Numbered from the stretch's first letter, positions 36,146 through 45,750 are shown. The stretch is 64,000 bases of DNA from Burkholderiales bacterium (GCA_038237415.1 JBBRYR010000008.1:25852-89851), one strand, 5' to 3'. The notes: generated by a model not told the origin, from the sequence alone. A program made the numbers and translations.

Positions 36146-37201
36146 ATGCTTTTTAATTCCCTGCAAGTCGGCGCGCTGAACATTCCCAACCGCATTCTTC
36201 TGGCTCCCCTCACCCGCACCCGCGCAGACGCCGGGCACCTGCCCAATGCGTTGATGGCCGAGTACTACTCCCAGCGCGCCAGCGGTGGCCTGCTGATCAC
36301 CGAGTGCACCATGGTGGCACCCGGCACGTCGGCCTTCATCAATGAGCCCGGCATCTACTCCGCAGAACAGGTGGAGGCATGGAAGCCGGTGACCGCTGCT
36401 GTGCACGCCAAGGGCGGGCGCATCTTCATGCAGATATGGCATGCGGGCCGCGCCGCGCACCCGGCCATGAATGACGGAGCAGAAACCGTTTCGTCAACCG
36501 CCACCGCCATCGAAGGCGAGGTGCAAACCCCGCAAGGCAAGTTGCCCAATGCTGTGCCGCGCGCCCTCTCAGCGGACGAGATTCCCGCCGTGGTGGCCGC
36601 CTACGTGCAGGGCGCAAAAAACGCGATTACTGCAGGCTTTGACGGTGTGGAAGTGCATGGCGCCAATGGCTATCTGATCGACCAGTTTTTGCGTGACGGG
36701 GCCAACCAGCGCACCGATGCCTACGGCGGCTCCATGGAGAACCGCGCACGCTTTTTGTTTGATGTGCTGACTGCGGTGACTGCAGCGATTGGTGCTGACC
36801 GTGTGGGCCTTCGCCTGTCGCCCCTGAACAGCTACAACAGCATGATCGACAGCGACCCGCTGGCGCTGATCGGCTTCCTGGCCGAGAAGCTCAACGCCTT
36901 CAACCTGGCCTACGTGCACGTGATGCGCTCGGACTTTTACCAGGTGCAAAAAGGCGATGTGATGACAGTGGCCCGCGAGAAGTACAAGGGCGTGCTGATT
37001 GGCAATATGGGCTACACGTCTGCGGAGGCCGAGCAGGCCATCACCGACGGCAAGCTGGACGCTGTGGCCTTTGGCACCAGTTTCCTGGCCAACCCCGATC
37101 TGCCAGCGCGCATCAAAGCCGGCGCGGCGCTCAATGCGCCGGATGCGAGCACGTTTTATACGCCGGGCGCCAAGGGCTACACCGACTACCCGACGCTGTA
37201 A
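36146..37201 (+). CDS. nemA: Old-yellow-enzyme alkene reductase (NemA-like)
   Basis: LAPLTR, QIWHAGR, EVHGANGYL, NPDLPAR, FYTPGAKGYTDYP. Confidence 0.9.
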   Translation: MLFNSLQVGALNIPNRILLAPLTRTRADAGHLPNALMAEYYSQRASGGLLITECTMVAPGTSAFINEPGIYSAEQVEAWKPVTAAVHAKGGRIFMQIWHAGRAAHPAMNDGAETVSSTATAIEGEVQTPQGKLPNAVPRALSADEIPAVVAAYVQGAKNAITAGFDGVEVHGANGYLIDQFLRDGANQRTDAYGGSMENRARFLFDVLTAVTAAIGADRVGLRLSPLNSYNSMIDSDPLALIGFLAEKLNAFNLAYVHVMRSDFYQVQKGDVMTVAREKYKGVLIGNMGYTSAEAEQAITDGKLDAVAFGTSFLANPDLPARIKAGAALNAPDASTFYTPGAKGYTDYPTL

Positions 37202-37209
37202 TTTCTTGG

Positions 37210-38133
37210 CTACGGCTTCGGACAGATACTGCCCAGCTTGACGTTGATATCCGGCCCAGCTGGCAGAGGCAGCAAACCAAAAATGCGGATGATGGCCCCG
37301 ACTACCGTAGACCCCGTTGGCAATGCAATGGGACTGACAACTGGACTCCACGTATTCATGGGGTGGAAGACGCGGTTGCCTTGCATGCCTTCTGCAAACA
37401 AGGCGATGGTGCCGTCGGCCTTGCGCACGCGCAAGATGGACTGCACCTGCAAATTCAAATTCGTGTACCGGCTGGCGCTGATCCAGTATTGAATGCCGGT
37501 GGCTGTTTGCCACGCGGCATTTTTTTCCAGTGACGGGGACTGCACATCGGTTCTCCACAGTGGCACAGTAGAACTGGCGCGCAGCGCGTTGGGATGAATC
37601 AGCAGATCGAGCTGATTATTCAAAGGGGAGAGTCCTGGAATGGCCGTTTGGCTGGCCAGCACATCGGTGTCGCCTACAAAAAACTGTGAGGCCGACCAAC
37701 CCTGAGTGCTGGGCGTCCAGGCACCCGCACCGGGTGGCGGCGCGCCGAAATTGAAAGTGAAACAACCGTCAGGCTCCAGCACTTGAAAGTCCACCGAGTT
37801 TGCATTGATGGTCTCAGGCGTGCCAGAAAACATGCGTTGATAAGACCACTGCATATTTCCAAAATACCGGCCCGGCGGCAGCACGCCCAAGTCGGCCGGC
37901 GACCCGGGGTTTGAACGGCGGATGCGATTGTTTGCCTGGTTGGGGTCCACCGGTCCCGTAATGAGCAAGCTGGACCCGAGAATGGTGGCGGTGTTGCTGT
38001 TGATTCCAGACTCCGCGCTGGCAGCGCTGCCAACGGGGGTATCGTCAATTTTCAAACTCGGGTTGAGTGGCGCGCAGCCGATGATTGCCAGAGGCAGGGC
38101 CAACAAGGTGGCGATTCTGAACAGGTGAGACAT
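37210..38133 (-). CDS. Hypothetical lipoprotein (307 aa)
   Basis: Lipoprotein-type signal LALPLAIIGC; Ser/Asn/Pro-rich beta-like body; no family recognised. Confidence 0.7.
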   Translation of the reverse strand: MSHLFRIATLLALPLAIIGCAPLNPSLKIDDTPVGSAASAESGINSNTATILGSSLLITGPVDPNQANNRIRRSNPGSPADLGVLPPGRYFGNMQWSYQRMFSGTPETINANSVDFQVLEPDGCFTFNFGAPPPGAGAWTPSTQGWSASQFFVGDTDVLASQTAIPGLSPLNNQLDLLIHPNALRASSTVPLWRTDVQSPSLEKNAAWQTATGIQYWISASRYTNLNLQVQSILRVRKADGTIALFAEGMQGNRVFHPMNTWSPVVSPIALPTGSTVVGAIIRIFGLLPLPAGPDINVKLGSICPKP

Positions 38134-38294
38134 GAGCGTACCCTCCAAAACAAGATCGTTATTGAAGAGAAATTCAACCACATCAAACGTGGTGCAGCAA
38201 GGCCTATTCGCGTGCGCACCCGTTCCCTGTCAACCGTGACTGCAATGCAAAGGTTGGGCGCTTGCTCCACAGGGGCTGGAAGTAAACTTGACCA

Positions 38295-38543
38295 ATGCCC
38301 ACAACCCTCACCCTCAACCTGGTCAACGCCAATGTGCACAGCGTGCATCTGCCAGATGGCGCGCATGTGGGTAACCTCAAGCGCGTGGGTGGGGTGTGGA
38401 AGTTCAAGGCGGTGGGCTACGACGCCGCCGGCGCCGTGGAGCCCGGCGGCGGCCCGCTGACGGAGCAGCACAACATGGTGTTTGCGCAGCCCGATGCAGC
38501 GGACGTCAACGCGCGGCTTGCGCCCTGTCTCACAGCGTCTTGA
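38295..38543 (+). CDS. Small hypothetical protein (82 aa)
   Basis: HVGNLKRVGGVWKFKAVGYD..PGGGPLT; host-like codons; fits the intergenic gap. Confidence 0.65.
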   Translation: MPTTLTLNLVNANVHSVHLPDGAHVGNLKRVGGVWKFKAVGYDAAGAVEPGGGPLTEQHNMVFAQPDAADVNARLAPCLTAS

Positions 38544-39213
38544 GCACGTCCAGCAGCGCATGTGCTGCTGGCTCGGAAGATGCCGGATTTTGCCCGGTGA
38601 TCAACAAGCCGTCAGTCAGCACATAGGGTTGCCAGTCAGCACCTTTGGAGTAGTTGCCGCCGTTGCCGGTCAGCATGTCTTCCACCAGAAAGGGCACGAT
38701 GTCGGTCAGGCCCACAGCAGCTTCTTCGGTGTTGGTAAAGCCGGTCACGGTCTTGCCGTGCACGACCGATTTGCCATTGATTTTCGGGTGACGCAAAACG
38801 GCAGGCGCGTGGCACACGGCGGCCACCGGTTTGCCCGCGGTCAGCATGGCTTCAATCAGGGCGATGGAGTTTTTGTCTTCCGCCAGGTCCCACAGCGGGC
38901 CATGGCCGCCGGGGTAGAACACAGCGTCAAAAGCGCCAGCCGTCATGTCGCTCAATTTGTGGGTGCTGGCCAGCAGCGCCTGTGCATCGGCATCGGCTTT
39001 GAAGCGGCGGGTGGCATCGGTCTGCGAAGCGGCGTCGTCACTCTTGGGGTCCAGCGGCGGCTGGCCACCCAGGGGCGATGCCAGCGTGATGGCGGCACCT
39101 GCGTCCTTGAACGCGTAATAGGGGGCAGCAAATTCTTCCAGCCAGAAACCGGTTTTGGCGCCGGTGTTGCCGAGTTGGTCGTGCGAGGTCAGCACCATCA
39201 GAATTTTTTTCAT
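38530..39213 (-). CDS. DJ-1/PfpI-family (class I glutamine amidotransferase-like) protein
   Basis: TGFWLEEFAAPY, FYPGGHGPLWDL, AVCHAPA (nucleophile Cys), TGQNPAS. Confidence 0.92.
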   Translation of the reverse strand: MKKILMVLTSHDQLGNTGAKTGFWLEEFAAPYYAFKDAGAAITLASPLGGQPPLDPKSDDAASQTDATRRFKADADAQALLASTHKLSDMTAGAFDAVFYPGGHGPLWDLAEDKNSIALIEAMLTAGKPVAAVCHAPAVLRHPKINGKSVVHGKTVTGFTNTEEAAVGLTDIVPFLVEDMLTGNGGNYSKGADWQPYVLTDGLLITGQNPASSEPAAHALLDVLKTL

Positions 39214-39253
39214 GGGATTTCTTTCAGTTGTGGGTGAATGGGTTGGGAAAGGT

Positions 39254-40414
39254 TCACAACGCGGCTTCGAGCACGCGGCGGCTGACGGCGGGTGTCACGT
39301 CCCGGTGTTCGCTCAGCTTGGTCATGCCATGGGCCTCCAGCTGTTTGATCACCACGTCAATGGCATCTGCGCCGAGCCCGTAGGCCGAGAGGCGGGTGGG
39401 AATGCCAATGCGCTCGAAGAAATCGCGGGTTCTATCGATGGCGGCAGTGATGCGCTCGTCGTCGGTTCCCGTGCAAATGCCCCAGACGCGCTCGCCGTAC
39501 TGCAGCAGTTTGTCGCGTTTTTGAACCCGGCGCTCGTTGAGCATGGCGGGCAAAACAATGGCCAGCGTGCGCGCGTGGTCGATGTTGTGCAGGGCGGTCA
39601 GCTCGTGGCCAATCATGTGGGTAGCCCAGTCTTGCGGCACACCGGCACCAATGAGGCCATTCAGTGCCTGAGTGGCCGCCCACATGAGGCTGGCACGGTC
39701 GTCATAGTTGGGTTCCTGGTCGGCCAGCAGGCGCGGGCCAATCTCAACCAGCGTTTGCAGCAGCCCTTCGGCGAAGCGGTCCTGCACGGGCGCGTTCACC
39801 GGGTAGGTGAGGTATTGCTCGACGGTGTGCACAAAGGCATCGACCACGCCATTGCCCAGTTGCTGCAGCGGCAGCGTGTAGGTTTTGGTGGGGTCCAGCA
39901 GCGAGAACTGTGGGAACACGTATCGGCTGCGAAACGGCAGCTTGGCACCAATGTCGCGTCGGGTGATGACGCCACCGTTGTTCATCTCGGAGCCGGTAGC
40001 AGGCAGAGTGAGCACCGTGCCGAAAGGCAGGGCCGATGTGATGTTGCGCCCGCCCTGCAGCAGAATGTTCCAGGCATCGCCTTCGAACGGCACCGCTGCC
40101 GCAATGAACTTGGCGGCGTCAATGACCGAGCCACCGCCCACCGCCAGAAGAAAGTCATAGCCCCCTTCGCGGACTTGGGCAACGGCTTTCATTGCGGTGT
40201 CAAAGCTGGGGTTGGGCTCAATACCGGCAAACGTGCTGTGCTGGCGCGCGCCCAGAGCCTGGCGTACTTCGGCGAGCGTGCCGGTCTTCTCGGCGCTGGC
40301 GCCGCCTACCAGAATCAGCACTTTGGCCTGAACTGGAACCAAAGTGGCCAGGTCGGCCATTCGGTCTTTGCCAAAAACAATGTGCGTGGGGTTGTAAAAG
40401 TCAAAATTCAGCAT
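39254..40414 (-). CDS. yqhD: Iron-containing NADPH-dependent aldehyde reductase (YqhD-like)
   Basis: FYNPTHIVFG, AVGGGSVIDAAK, PATGSEMN, DWATHMIGHELTA. Confidence 0.9.
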   Translation of the reverse strand: MLNFDFYNPTHIVFGKDRMADLATLVPVQAKVLILVGGASAEKTGTLAEVRQALGARQHSTFAGIEPNPSFDTAMKAVAQVREGGYDFLLAVGGGSVIDAAKFIAAAVPFEGDAWNILLQGGRNITSALPFGTVLTLPATGSEMNNGGVITRRDIGAKLPFRSRYVFPQFSLLDPTKTYTLPLQQLGNGVVDAFVHTVEQYLTYPVNAPVQDRFAEGLLQTLVEIGPRLLADQEPNYDDRASLMWAATQALNGLIGAGVPQDWATHMIGHELTALHNIDHARTLAIVLPAMLNERRVQKRDKLLQYGERVWGICTGTDDERITAAIDRTRDFFERIGIPTRLSAYGLGADAIDVVIKQLEAHGMTKLSEHRDVTPAVSRRVLEAAL

Positions 40415-40461
40415 GGGAGTCCTTTGGGTTGTGGGGTTGTGGTTCAAATCAATGAAAAAAA

Positions 40462-40478
40462 GTAGACCGGTCGGCTAG
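40462..40478. promoter_or_regulatory. NemR-type operator upstream of the yqhD/DJ-1 operon
   Basis: GTAGACCGGTCGGCTAG, similar to the TAGACC..GGTCTA NemR box. Confidence 0.6.
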
Positions 40479-40521
40479 TAAATCAATAAATAGAGGTTGT
40501 GGAAATTTTTCAATTGGGTGA

Positions 40522-41130
40522 CTAACTGAGCAGCAACTCGGTGCTGCGGGTGGCGTGTTCAAACGGGCTGGCATCCCGGCGCAGCTTGGCCAGCAGGCTG
40601 GCACCCAGCCATAGCTGGTACAGGGTCAACGCGGTATCGTCGGATTGCAGCGCACGGGGAATGGAGCCGTCCGTGCGCCCCTCTTCAATGCACTGGGCAA
40701 TGCGCTGGACCACACGGTCCGTGCCATCGCGCAGGGCGAGGCGCATGGTTTCCGAAATGTCGGCCACCTCGGCGCTGAGCTTGACGATCAGGCATTTGGA
40801 GCCCCCCGCGGACTCGGTACAAACCTCTTGGGCAATGCCGCACTGCGAAACATTCCAGTAAGACCAGTAGCGCATCAAGCGCGTGCGCGCAGACGTGCCA
40901 TCGGCCTTCAGCAACCCATCCAGGCGGGCGAGATACTGGTCGAGATAGCGCACCAGCAGCGCCTCGCCAAAGCGCTCTTTGGAACTGAAGTAGTGATAGA
41001 AGGAGCCCTTGGGAACGCCCGCAGCCGTCAAAATTTCAGCCAACCCGACGCCCACAAAACCTTTGTTCGCGATCAGGCGTTCGCCGCAATCGAGGATGTG
41101 GTCTTTAGCGGTAGGTTGGTCGACTGTCAT
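40522..41130 (-). CDS. nemR: TetR-family regulator (NemR-like)
   Basis: GLAEILTAAGVPKGSFYHYFSSKERFG; CLIVKLSAEVADISE; LYQLWLGASLLAK. Confidence 0.8.
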   Translation of the reverse strand: MTVDQPTAKDHILDCGERLIANKGFVGVGLAEILTAAGVPKGSFYHYFSSKERFGEALLVRYLDQYLARLDGLLKADGTSARTRLMRYWSYWNVSQCGIAQEVCTESAGGSKCLIVKLSAEVADISETMRLALRDGTDRVVQRIAQCIEEGRTDGSIPRALQSDDTALTLYQLWLGASLLAKLRRDASPFEHATRSTELLLS

Positions 41131-41148
41131 GCCCGAATTCTAGCAAAA

Positions 41149-41165
41149 GTAGACCAGTCGTCTAC
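41149..41165. promoter_or_regulatory. NemR-type autoregulatory operator
   Basis: Palindrome GTAGAC-CAGTC-GTCTAC, 19 nt upstream of the TetR start. Confidence 0.7.
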
Positions 41166-41243
41166 AATCGGTGGCAGATCCCTGGGTTCGGACAGGGGCA
41201 TTGTTGGCGCAGACCTGCTGCTGAATGCATCCGGAAATGGTTC

Positions 41244-41288
41244 TGCTATGTTTTGTATAGCTACTTGCGCATGCAGCACGGGGGATGG
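41244..41288 (+). repeat. 45-bp repeat family A, isolated copy
   Basis: TGCTATGTTTTGTATAGC-TACTTGCGC-ATGCAGCAC-GGGGGATGG. Confidence 0.85.
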
Positions 41289-41358
41289 GGCCTTTTTTTG
41301 CTTAAAGTTACACTGTAAGCAGACCGCAAAAACGCGGCAATAGCATCAGGGAAAACAG

Positions 41359-42342
41359 ATGACCAGGCCAAACACGGGCAAGCGGAAGAACCGCGCACTT
41401 CTCGACTTGCAGACCAAAGGCTTTGCTGCCCTTGCGATAGGTGCCGGCCTGTTGCTGCTCCCCGTTCTGGCTGGCTCGACCCCTGCGTTCCGGTCATTGG
41501 CTGGTACGCTCCAACCGCTGGGCGGGATTGTCTTGCTGCTCGGCGCGGTCCTGCTCACCCTGCACCAAGTATTGAAACCAAAGGCAGCAGGTGCAACGGT
41601 GCGACCCAGGCCCGGGCGAGTCAAGGTGGTGCCCATGACGAATCGGGAAAAACTGGCGGTCATCGACACAATTCAGGCCCAGGCGTCCTCGTTCTCATCC
41701 CTGACAGCGAGCACGCCCCCACGCAAGCTCACGAAAATATCCGAGACACCCAAGGTGCAATCTGCGGCACCCCGCGTGCGCAGCGCGCACTGGAGCCCTG
41801 CGGCATTTGCTGCCATCGAGTGGCGCCGGTTTGAAGCGGTGTGTGAGGCGCTCTTTGGGCAGGCCGGGTTTGAAACCCGATCCCAATCGCACGGTGCCGA
41901 TGGCGGTGTAGACATCTGGTTGCACAGCCGCCATGCCAGAGGGCCGGTAGCGGTCGTGCAGTGCAAGCACTGGCAAGGCAAAGCCGTGAACGTAAAAGAA
42001 CTGCGCGAGTTCTTTGGCGTGATGGCGTCGCACAAGCTCAAGCGCGGAACCTACGCCACCACGTCCACCTACACCGCCGACGCGGCACAATTTGCGAAAG
42101 ACAACGGCATCAATGCAATGGACGGCCAAGCGCTGTTGGCGCTGATTGCCAAACGCACGCCCGAGCAGCAGCAAACCTTGCTGGATGTCGCCTTTGAAGG
42201 GGAGTACTGGCGGCCAACCTGTGCAAGCTGCGGCGTCAAGATGGTGGAGCGTACGCCGGGCAAGGGAGGCTCGGCATTTTGGGGCTGCAGCAACTACCCG
42301 CGTTGCAAATCCAGGTTGCCAATGGCAGCGGCGCTGCGTTGA
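41359..42342 (+). CDS. Membrane-anchored Mrr-family restriction endonuclease with C-terminal zinc ribbon
   Basis: Two N-terminal TMs; WRRFEAVC, DGGVDI, VVQCKHW; CASC...FWGCSNYPRC (topoisomerase-type C4). Confidence 0.9.
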   Translation: MTRPNTGKRKNRALLDLQTKGFAALAIGAGLLLLPVLAGSTPAFRSLAGTLQPLGGIVLLLGAVLLTLHQVLKPKAAGATVRPRPGRVKVVPMTNREKLAVIDTIQAQASSFSSLTASTPPRKLTKISETPKVQSAAPRVRSAHWSPAAFAAIEWRRFEAVCEALFGQAGFETRSQSHGADGGVDIWLHSRHARGPVAVVQCKHWQGKAVNVKELREFFGVMASHKLKRGTYATTSTYTADAAQFAKDNGINAMDGQALLALIAKRTPEQQQTLLDVAFEGEYWRPTCASCGVKMVERTPGKGGSAFWGCSNYPRCKSRLPMAAALR

Positions 42343-42345
42343 AAC

Positions 42346-42382
42346 CGCTATGCGTTTCGCAAAAGCAAATAGCTGGTAGAGC
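42346..42382 (+). repeat. Degenerate family-A-like remnant
   Basis: CGCTATG...AAATAGC-TGGTAGAGC, with an expanded loop. Confidence 0.4.
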
Positions 42383-42422
42383 CACCCCTTTTCTGCAAAA
42401 ATCCCTGTGAAGGAGGTCTGCC

Positions 42423-43634
42423 ATGCCCAACTACATTGCACCCGGCGTTCACCTAGAGGAAGCGAGTGCGCGGTCCAGGACCATCGACGGCGTGCTGACC
42501 AGCACCTGCGCTTTCATAGGCCCCACTACCAAAGGGCCGGTGGGCGTTGCCTCGGGACCTTTGACGAGTTTTGCCGACTACGAGCGCATCTACGGCGGCG
42601 TGAAAGACCTTCCGTTTGCCGCTGACAAGACGGCGCTGCACCGCCGCAACTACATCGCCCACGCAGCGCGGGCGTTTTTCGACAACGGCGGCATGCGGCT
42701 CTATGTTGTGCGCGTGGTGGTGGGCTTTCGTACCGGTAAAGGCGTCGTGCTCCCGGACGCCAACGAATACGCCGCGGCCTTCGCCAGCCTGGAAGGGCTT
42801 GGCGATATCTCCATCGTCGCAGCACCGGGTTATTCGGCTTTTTCTGACCTGAGTCAAGGGGCGATCTACCGCGCCATCCAGGCGGCGATGCTCGCGCATG
42901 TGGCTGACCCCTTGCGCTACCGCATGGCAGTCCTGGACGCGCCGCCTGGCGCAACGCCGGCCGAGATGCAAGCGTTGCCCGGGCTCATTGACTCCACACG
43001 CGCCGCCTTGTACTACCCGTGGGTCATCACGGCGAACCCGCTCGCAGGCCCAAAAAGCAGGCAGCCTGCGGAGATTGCGCTTGCGCCCTCGGGCTTCGTG
43101 TGCGGCACCTATGCACGCAGCGACATCGAGCGCGGGGTGCATCACTCACCTGCGAATGAAGAGGTGCTGGGCGCATTGCGCTTCGAGCGCGAGCTGAACA
43201 CGAGCGAATACGAACTACTGAACCCGGTGGGCGTGAACTGCCTGCGTGCGTTTACAGGCCGCGGGCTTCGCGTATGGGGCGGCCGCACCACGTCGCACGA
43301 CCCCGAGTGGAAATACGTCAACGTGCGCCGCTACTGCAACTATCTGGGTGCGTCTATTGACCGCGGCACCCAGTGGGCCGTGTTCGAGCCCAATGGCGAA
43401 ACCCTGTGGGCCGCCATGCGCCAGACGGTTTCTGACTTTCTCACCACCGAGTGGCAAAACGGCGGACTGCTCGGCAGCCAGCCGCCTGAGGCCTATTTTG
43501 TGCATTGTGACCGCACGACGATGACCCAGGACGACCTCGACAACGGGCGGCTCGTCTGCCTGATCGGGGTGGCGCTGATGAAGCCCGCCGAGTTCATGAT
43601 CCTGCGCATCAGCCAGCGCACCCTGGCGCCGTGA
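42423..43634 (+). CDS. Contractile tail-sheath family protein (orphan)
   Basis: APGVHLEE N-terminus, AALYYPW, RGVHHSPAN, LNPVGVNCLR, RVWGGRT, WKYVNVRR, WAVFEPN, KPAEFMILRI. Confidence 0.92.
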   Translation: MPNYIAPGVHLEEASARSRTIDGVLTSTCAFIGPTTKGPVGVASGPLTSFADYERIYGGVKDLPFAADKTALHRRNYIAHAARAFFDNGGMRLYVVRVVVGFRTGKGVVLPDANEYAAAFASLEGLGDISIVAAPGYSAFSDLSQGAIYRAIQAAMLAHVADPLRYRMAVLDAPPGATPAEMQALPGLIDSTRAALYYPWVITANPLAGPKSRQPAEIALAPSGFVCGTYARSDIERGVHHSPANEEVLGALRFERELNTSEYELLNPVGVNCLRAFTGRGLRVWGGRTTSHDPEWKYVNVRRYCNYLGASIDRGTQWAVFEPNGETLWAAMRQTVSDFLTTEWQNGGLLGSQPPEAYFVHCDRTTMTQDDLDNGRLVCLIGVALMKPAEFMILRISQRTLAP

Positions 43635-43644
43635 AGCCGTGGCC

Positions 43645-44808
43645 ATGCGCAAAATTCTGATTGTTGTCATCGTTCTCGTTCTTGTGGCGCTGGGAGTTTT
43701 CTTGAGCCTGCCAACGATCGTGGACAGGCGCATGAACGTGGTGGAGCTTGCACCGCCTTACAAGGCCAGCGAACGTGCGCGGGCACTGCATGACAAACTG
43801 TTCATAGCCGACATGCACGACGACGCGCTGCTGTGGTCGCGTGATCTGCTGAAGCGCTACGCGTATGGCCACACCGATCTGCCGCGGCTTCAGGCCGGGC
43901 GCGTGGGCTTGCAGGTGTTTTCCGCAGTGACGAAAACACCGAAGAACATCAACCTGGACCGCAACGCGGACGACACCGATGCCATCACCCTGCTGGTCAT
44001 GGCGCAACGGTGGCCGCAGCGTACTTGGGGCAGCCTGCTGGAGCGCGCGCTGTACCAAAGTGAAAAACTACACAAGGTAGCCGCCGGTAGCGGCGATAAA
44101 TTGCGCATTGTGCGTACCCAGGCGGACTTGGCCGGGCTGCTGAAGGCCCAAACTCCCGTCAACGGACTGCTCGCCGCCATCCTGTCCACCGAAGGCCTGC
44201 ACCCGCTGGAGGGCAAACTGGAGAACGTGGACAGGCTCTTTGACGCGGGTTTTCGCATCACAGGACTGACGCACTTCACTGACAACGAAGTCGGCGGCTC
44301 GGCCCATGGCCTGGAGAAAGGCGGTCTCACGCCCTTTGGCCGCCAGGTCATTCAACGCCTGGAAGAAAAGAAGATGCTGGTGGACCTGGCCCACGCCTCG
44401 CCCAAAGTGATCGACGACGTGCTGGCAATGGCGACGCGGCCCGTCCTGGTTTCGCACACCGGGCTGCAAGGCACGTGCCCCGGACCACGCAACCTGAGCG
44501 ACGCGCACGTCAAGGCGATTGCAGCCCAAGACGGCGTCATTGGCATAGCGTATTTCCACTATGCAGTATGCGACCCGAGCGTCACTGGCATCGTGAAAGC
44601 GATTCGCTATGCGGTGAACCTGGTGGGCGTCAAGCACGTGGCGCTGGGCTCCGACTTCGACGGCGCAATTCGTGTGGCGTTTGACACCACCGGCCTGGTG
44701 TTGCTGACGCAGGGCCTGCTGGAGGCCGGGTTCAGCGACGCGGATATAGCCGACATCATGGGCGGCAACGTACGCCGTCTGCTGCTGGAACAATTGCCAG
44801 CGGCTTGA
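43645..44808 (+). CDS. Membrane dipeptidase (peptidase M19)
   Basis: N-terminal TM; ADMHDD, TEG, LTH, VDLAHAS, SHTG, GSDFDG. Confidence 0.92.
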   Translation: MRKILIVVIVLVLVALGVFLSLPTIVDRRMNVVELAPPYKASERARALHDKLFIADMHDDALLWSRDLLKRYAYGHTDLPRLQAGRVGLQVFSAVTKTPKNINLDRNADDTDAITLLVMAQRWPQRTWGSLLERALYQSEKLHKVAAGSGDKLRIVRTQADLAGLLKAQTPVNGLLAAILSTEGLHPLEGKLENVDRLFDAGFRITGLTHFTDNEVGGSAHGLEKGGLTPFGRQVIQRLEEKKMLVDLAHASPKVIDDVLAMATRPVLVSHTGLQGTCPGPRNLSDAHVKAIAAQDGVIGIAYFHYAVCDPSVTGIVKAIRYAVNLVGVKHVALGSDFDGAIRVAFDTTGLVLLTQGLLEAGFSDADIADIMGGNVRRLLLEQLPAA

Positions 44809-44893
44809 CGTGAACCGCCTCCTTCCACCGCTGCATCTGCCCCTTTTTGCATCATCGGTTACCCTCCTGCACCTACAAATGAAAGAAATCACC

Positions 44894-45142
44894 ATGAAAA
44901 AACTCAACGTCACCATCCAGCTGGAAATGTCCGTGCCGGACGATTGGGAGTTGGCCGAAACCTCCGAAGGCACACCTGTGGTGAAGCTGCCCAATGGCCA
45001 GTTCATGGATATGGCCATCGAGCCGCTGTTCACCACCGACCCGGAAGAGACCTGGAGCAGCACCGAAGATGAAGACGTGCTCAACGATATCCTGGACATG
45101 GTGGAGAGCGAGGCCGTGGCGTACGAATTCGTCACCCACTAA
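44894..45142 (+). CDS. Small acidic hypothetical protein (82 aa)
   Basis: MKKLNVTIQLEMSVPDDWEL...; host-like codon usage. Confidence 0.75.
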   Translation: MKKLNVTIQLEMSVPDDWELAETSEGTPVVKLPNGQFMDMAIEPLFTTDPEETWSSTEDEDVLNDILDMVESEAVAYEFVTH

Positions 45143-45176
45143 GTCCATCCATCAAGCCGATTGCCAGAGCACCTCC

Positions 45177-45716
45177 ATGCAGGCCGCCGATATCCTCCAC
45201 TTCTGGTTTGAAGAGCTGAGCGACAAGGATCACTTCATCAAAGACCCGGCGCTGGACGCGTCGATGCGCGCCCGCTTCGGGCCGACCCTGGAGGCGGCGG
45301 AACGATGCGAACTGTTTGCGTGGCGCGCCACTGCAGAGGGCCGCCTGGCGGAGATACTGGTGCTGGACCAGTTTTCACGCAACGTCTACCGCGATACGCC
45401 ACACGCATTTGCACAGGACCCGATGGCGTTGGTGCTGGCCCAGGAACTGGTGGCTGGGCGGCATGACAGGGATTTGGCGACAGAGCACCGCGCATTCGCC
45501 TATATGCCCTACATGCACAGCGAGTCAAGGCTGATACACCAGGAGTCCGTGCATTTGTTCAGTCAACCCGGACTGGAAGGCAACTTGAGCTTTGCGCTGC
45601 GACACAAGGCCATCATCGAGCGCTTTGACCGCTACCCCCACCGCAACCAGATCCTGGGGCGCACCTCCAGCGCGCTGGAAATTGCTTTTTTGAGCGAGCC
45701 AGGGTCTGCGTTTTAG
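45177..45716 (+). CDS. DUF924-family protein
   Basis: ILHFWF, ILVLDQFSRNVYR, YMPYMHSES, IERFDRYPHRN. Confidence 0.92.
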   Translation: MQAADILHFWFEELSDKDHFIKDPALDASMRARFGPTLEAAERCELFAWRATAEGRLAEILVLDQFSRNVYRDTPHAFAQDPMALVLAQELVAGRHDRDLATEHRAFAYMPYMHSESRLIHQESVHLFSQPGLEGNLSFALRHKAIIERFDRYPHRNQILGRTSSALEIAFLSEPGSAF

Positions 45717-45750
45717 ACCATACGTACCATAACAATCGGAGACAACAACC

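Noticed and set aside
42423-43634. Prophage or complete eCIS/tailocin locus
   Set aside because: No tube, baseplate, capsid, lysis or integrase genes anywhere in the window.
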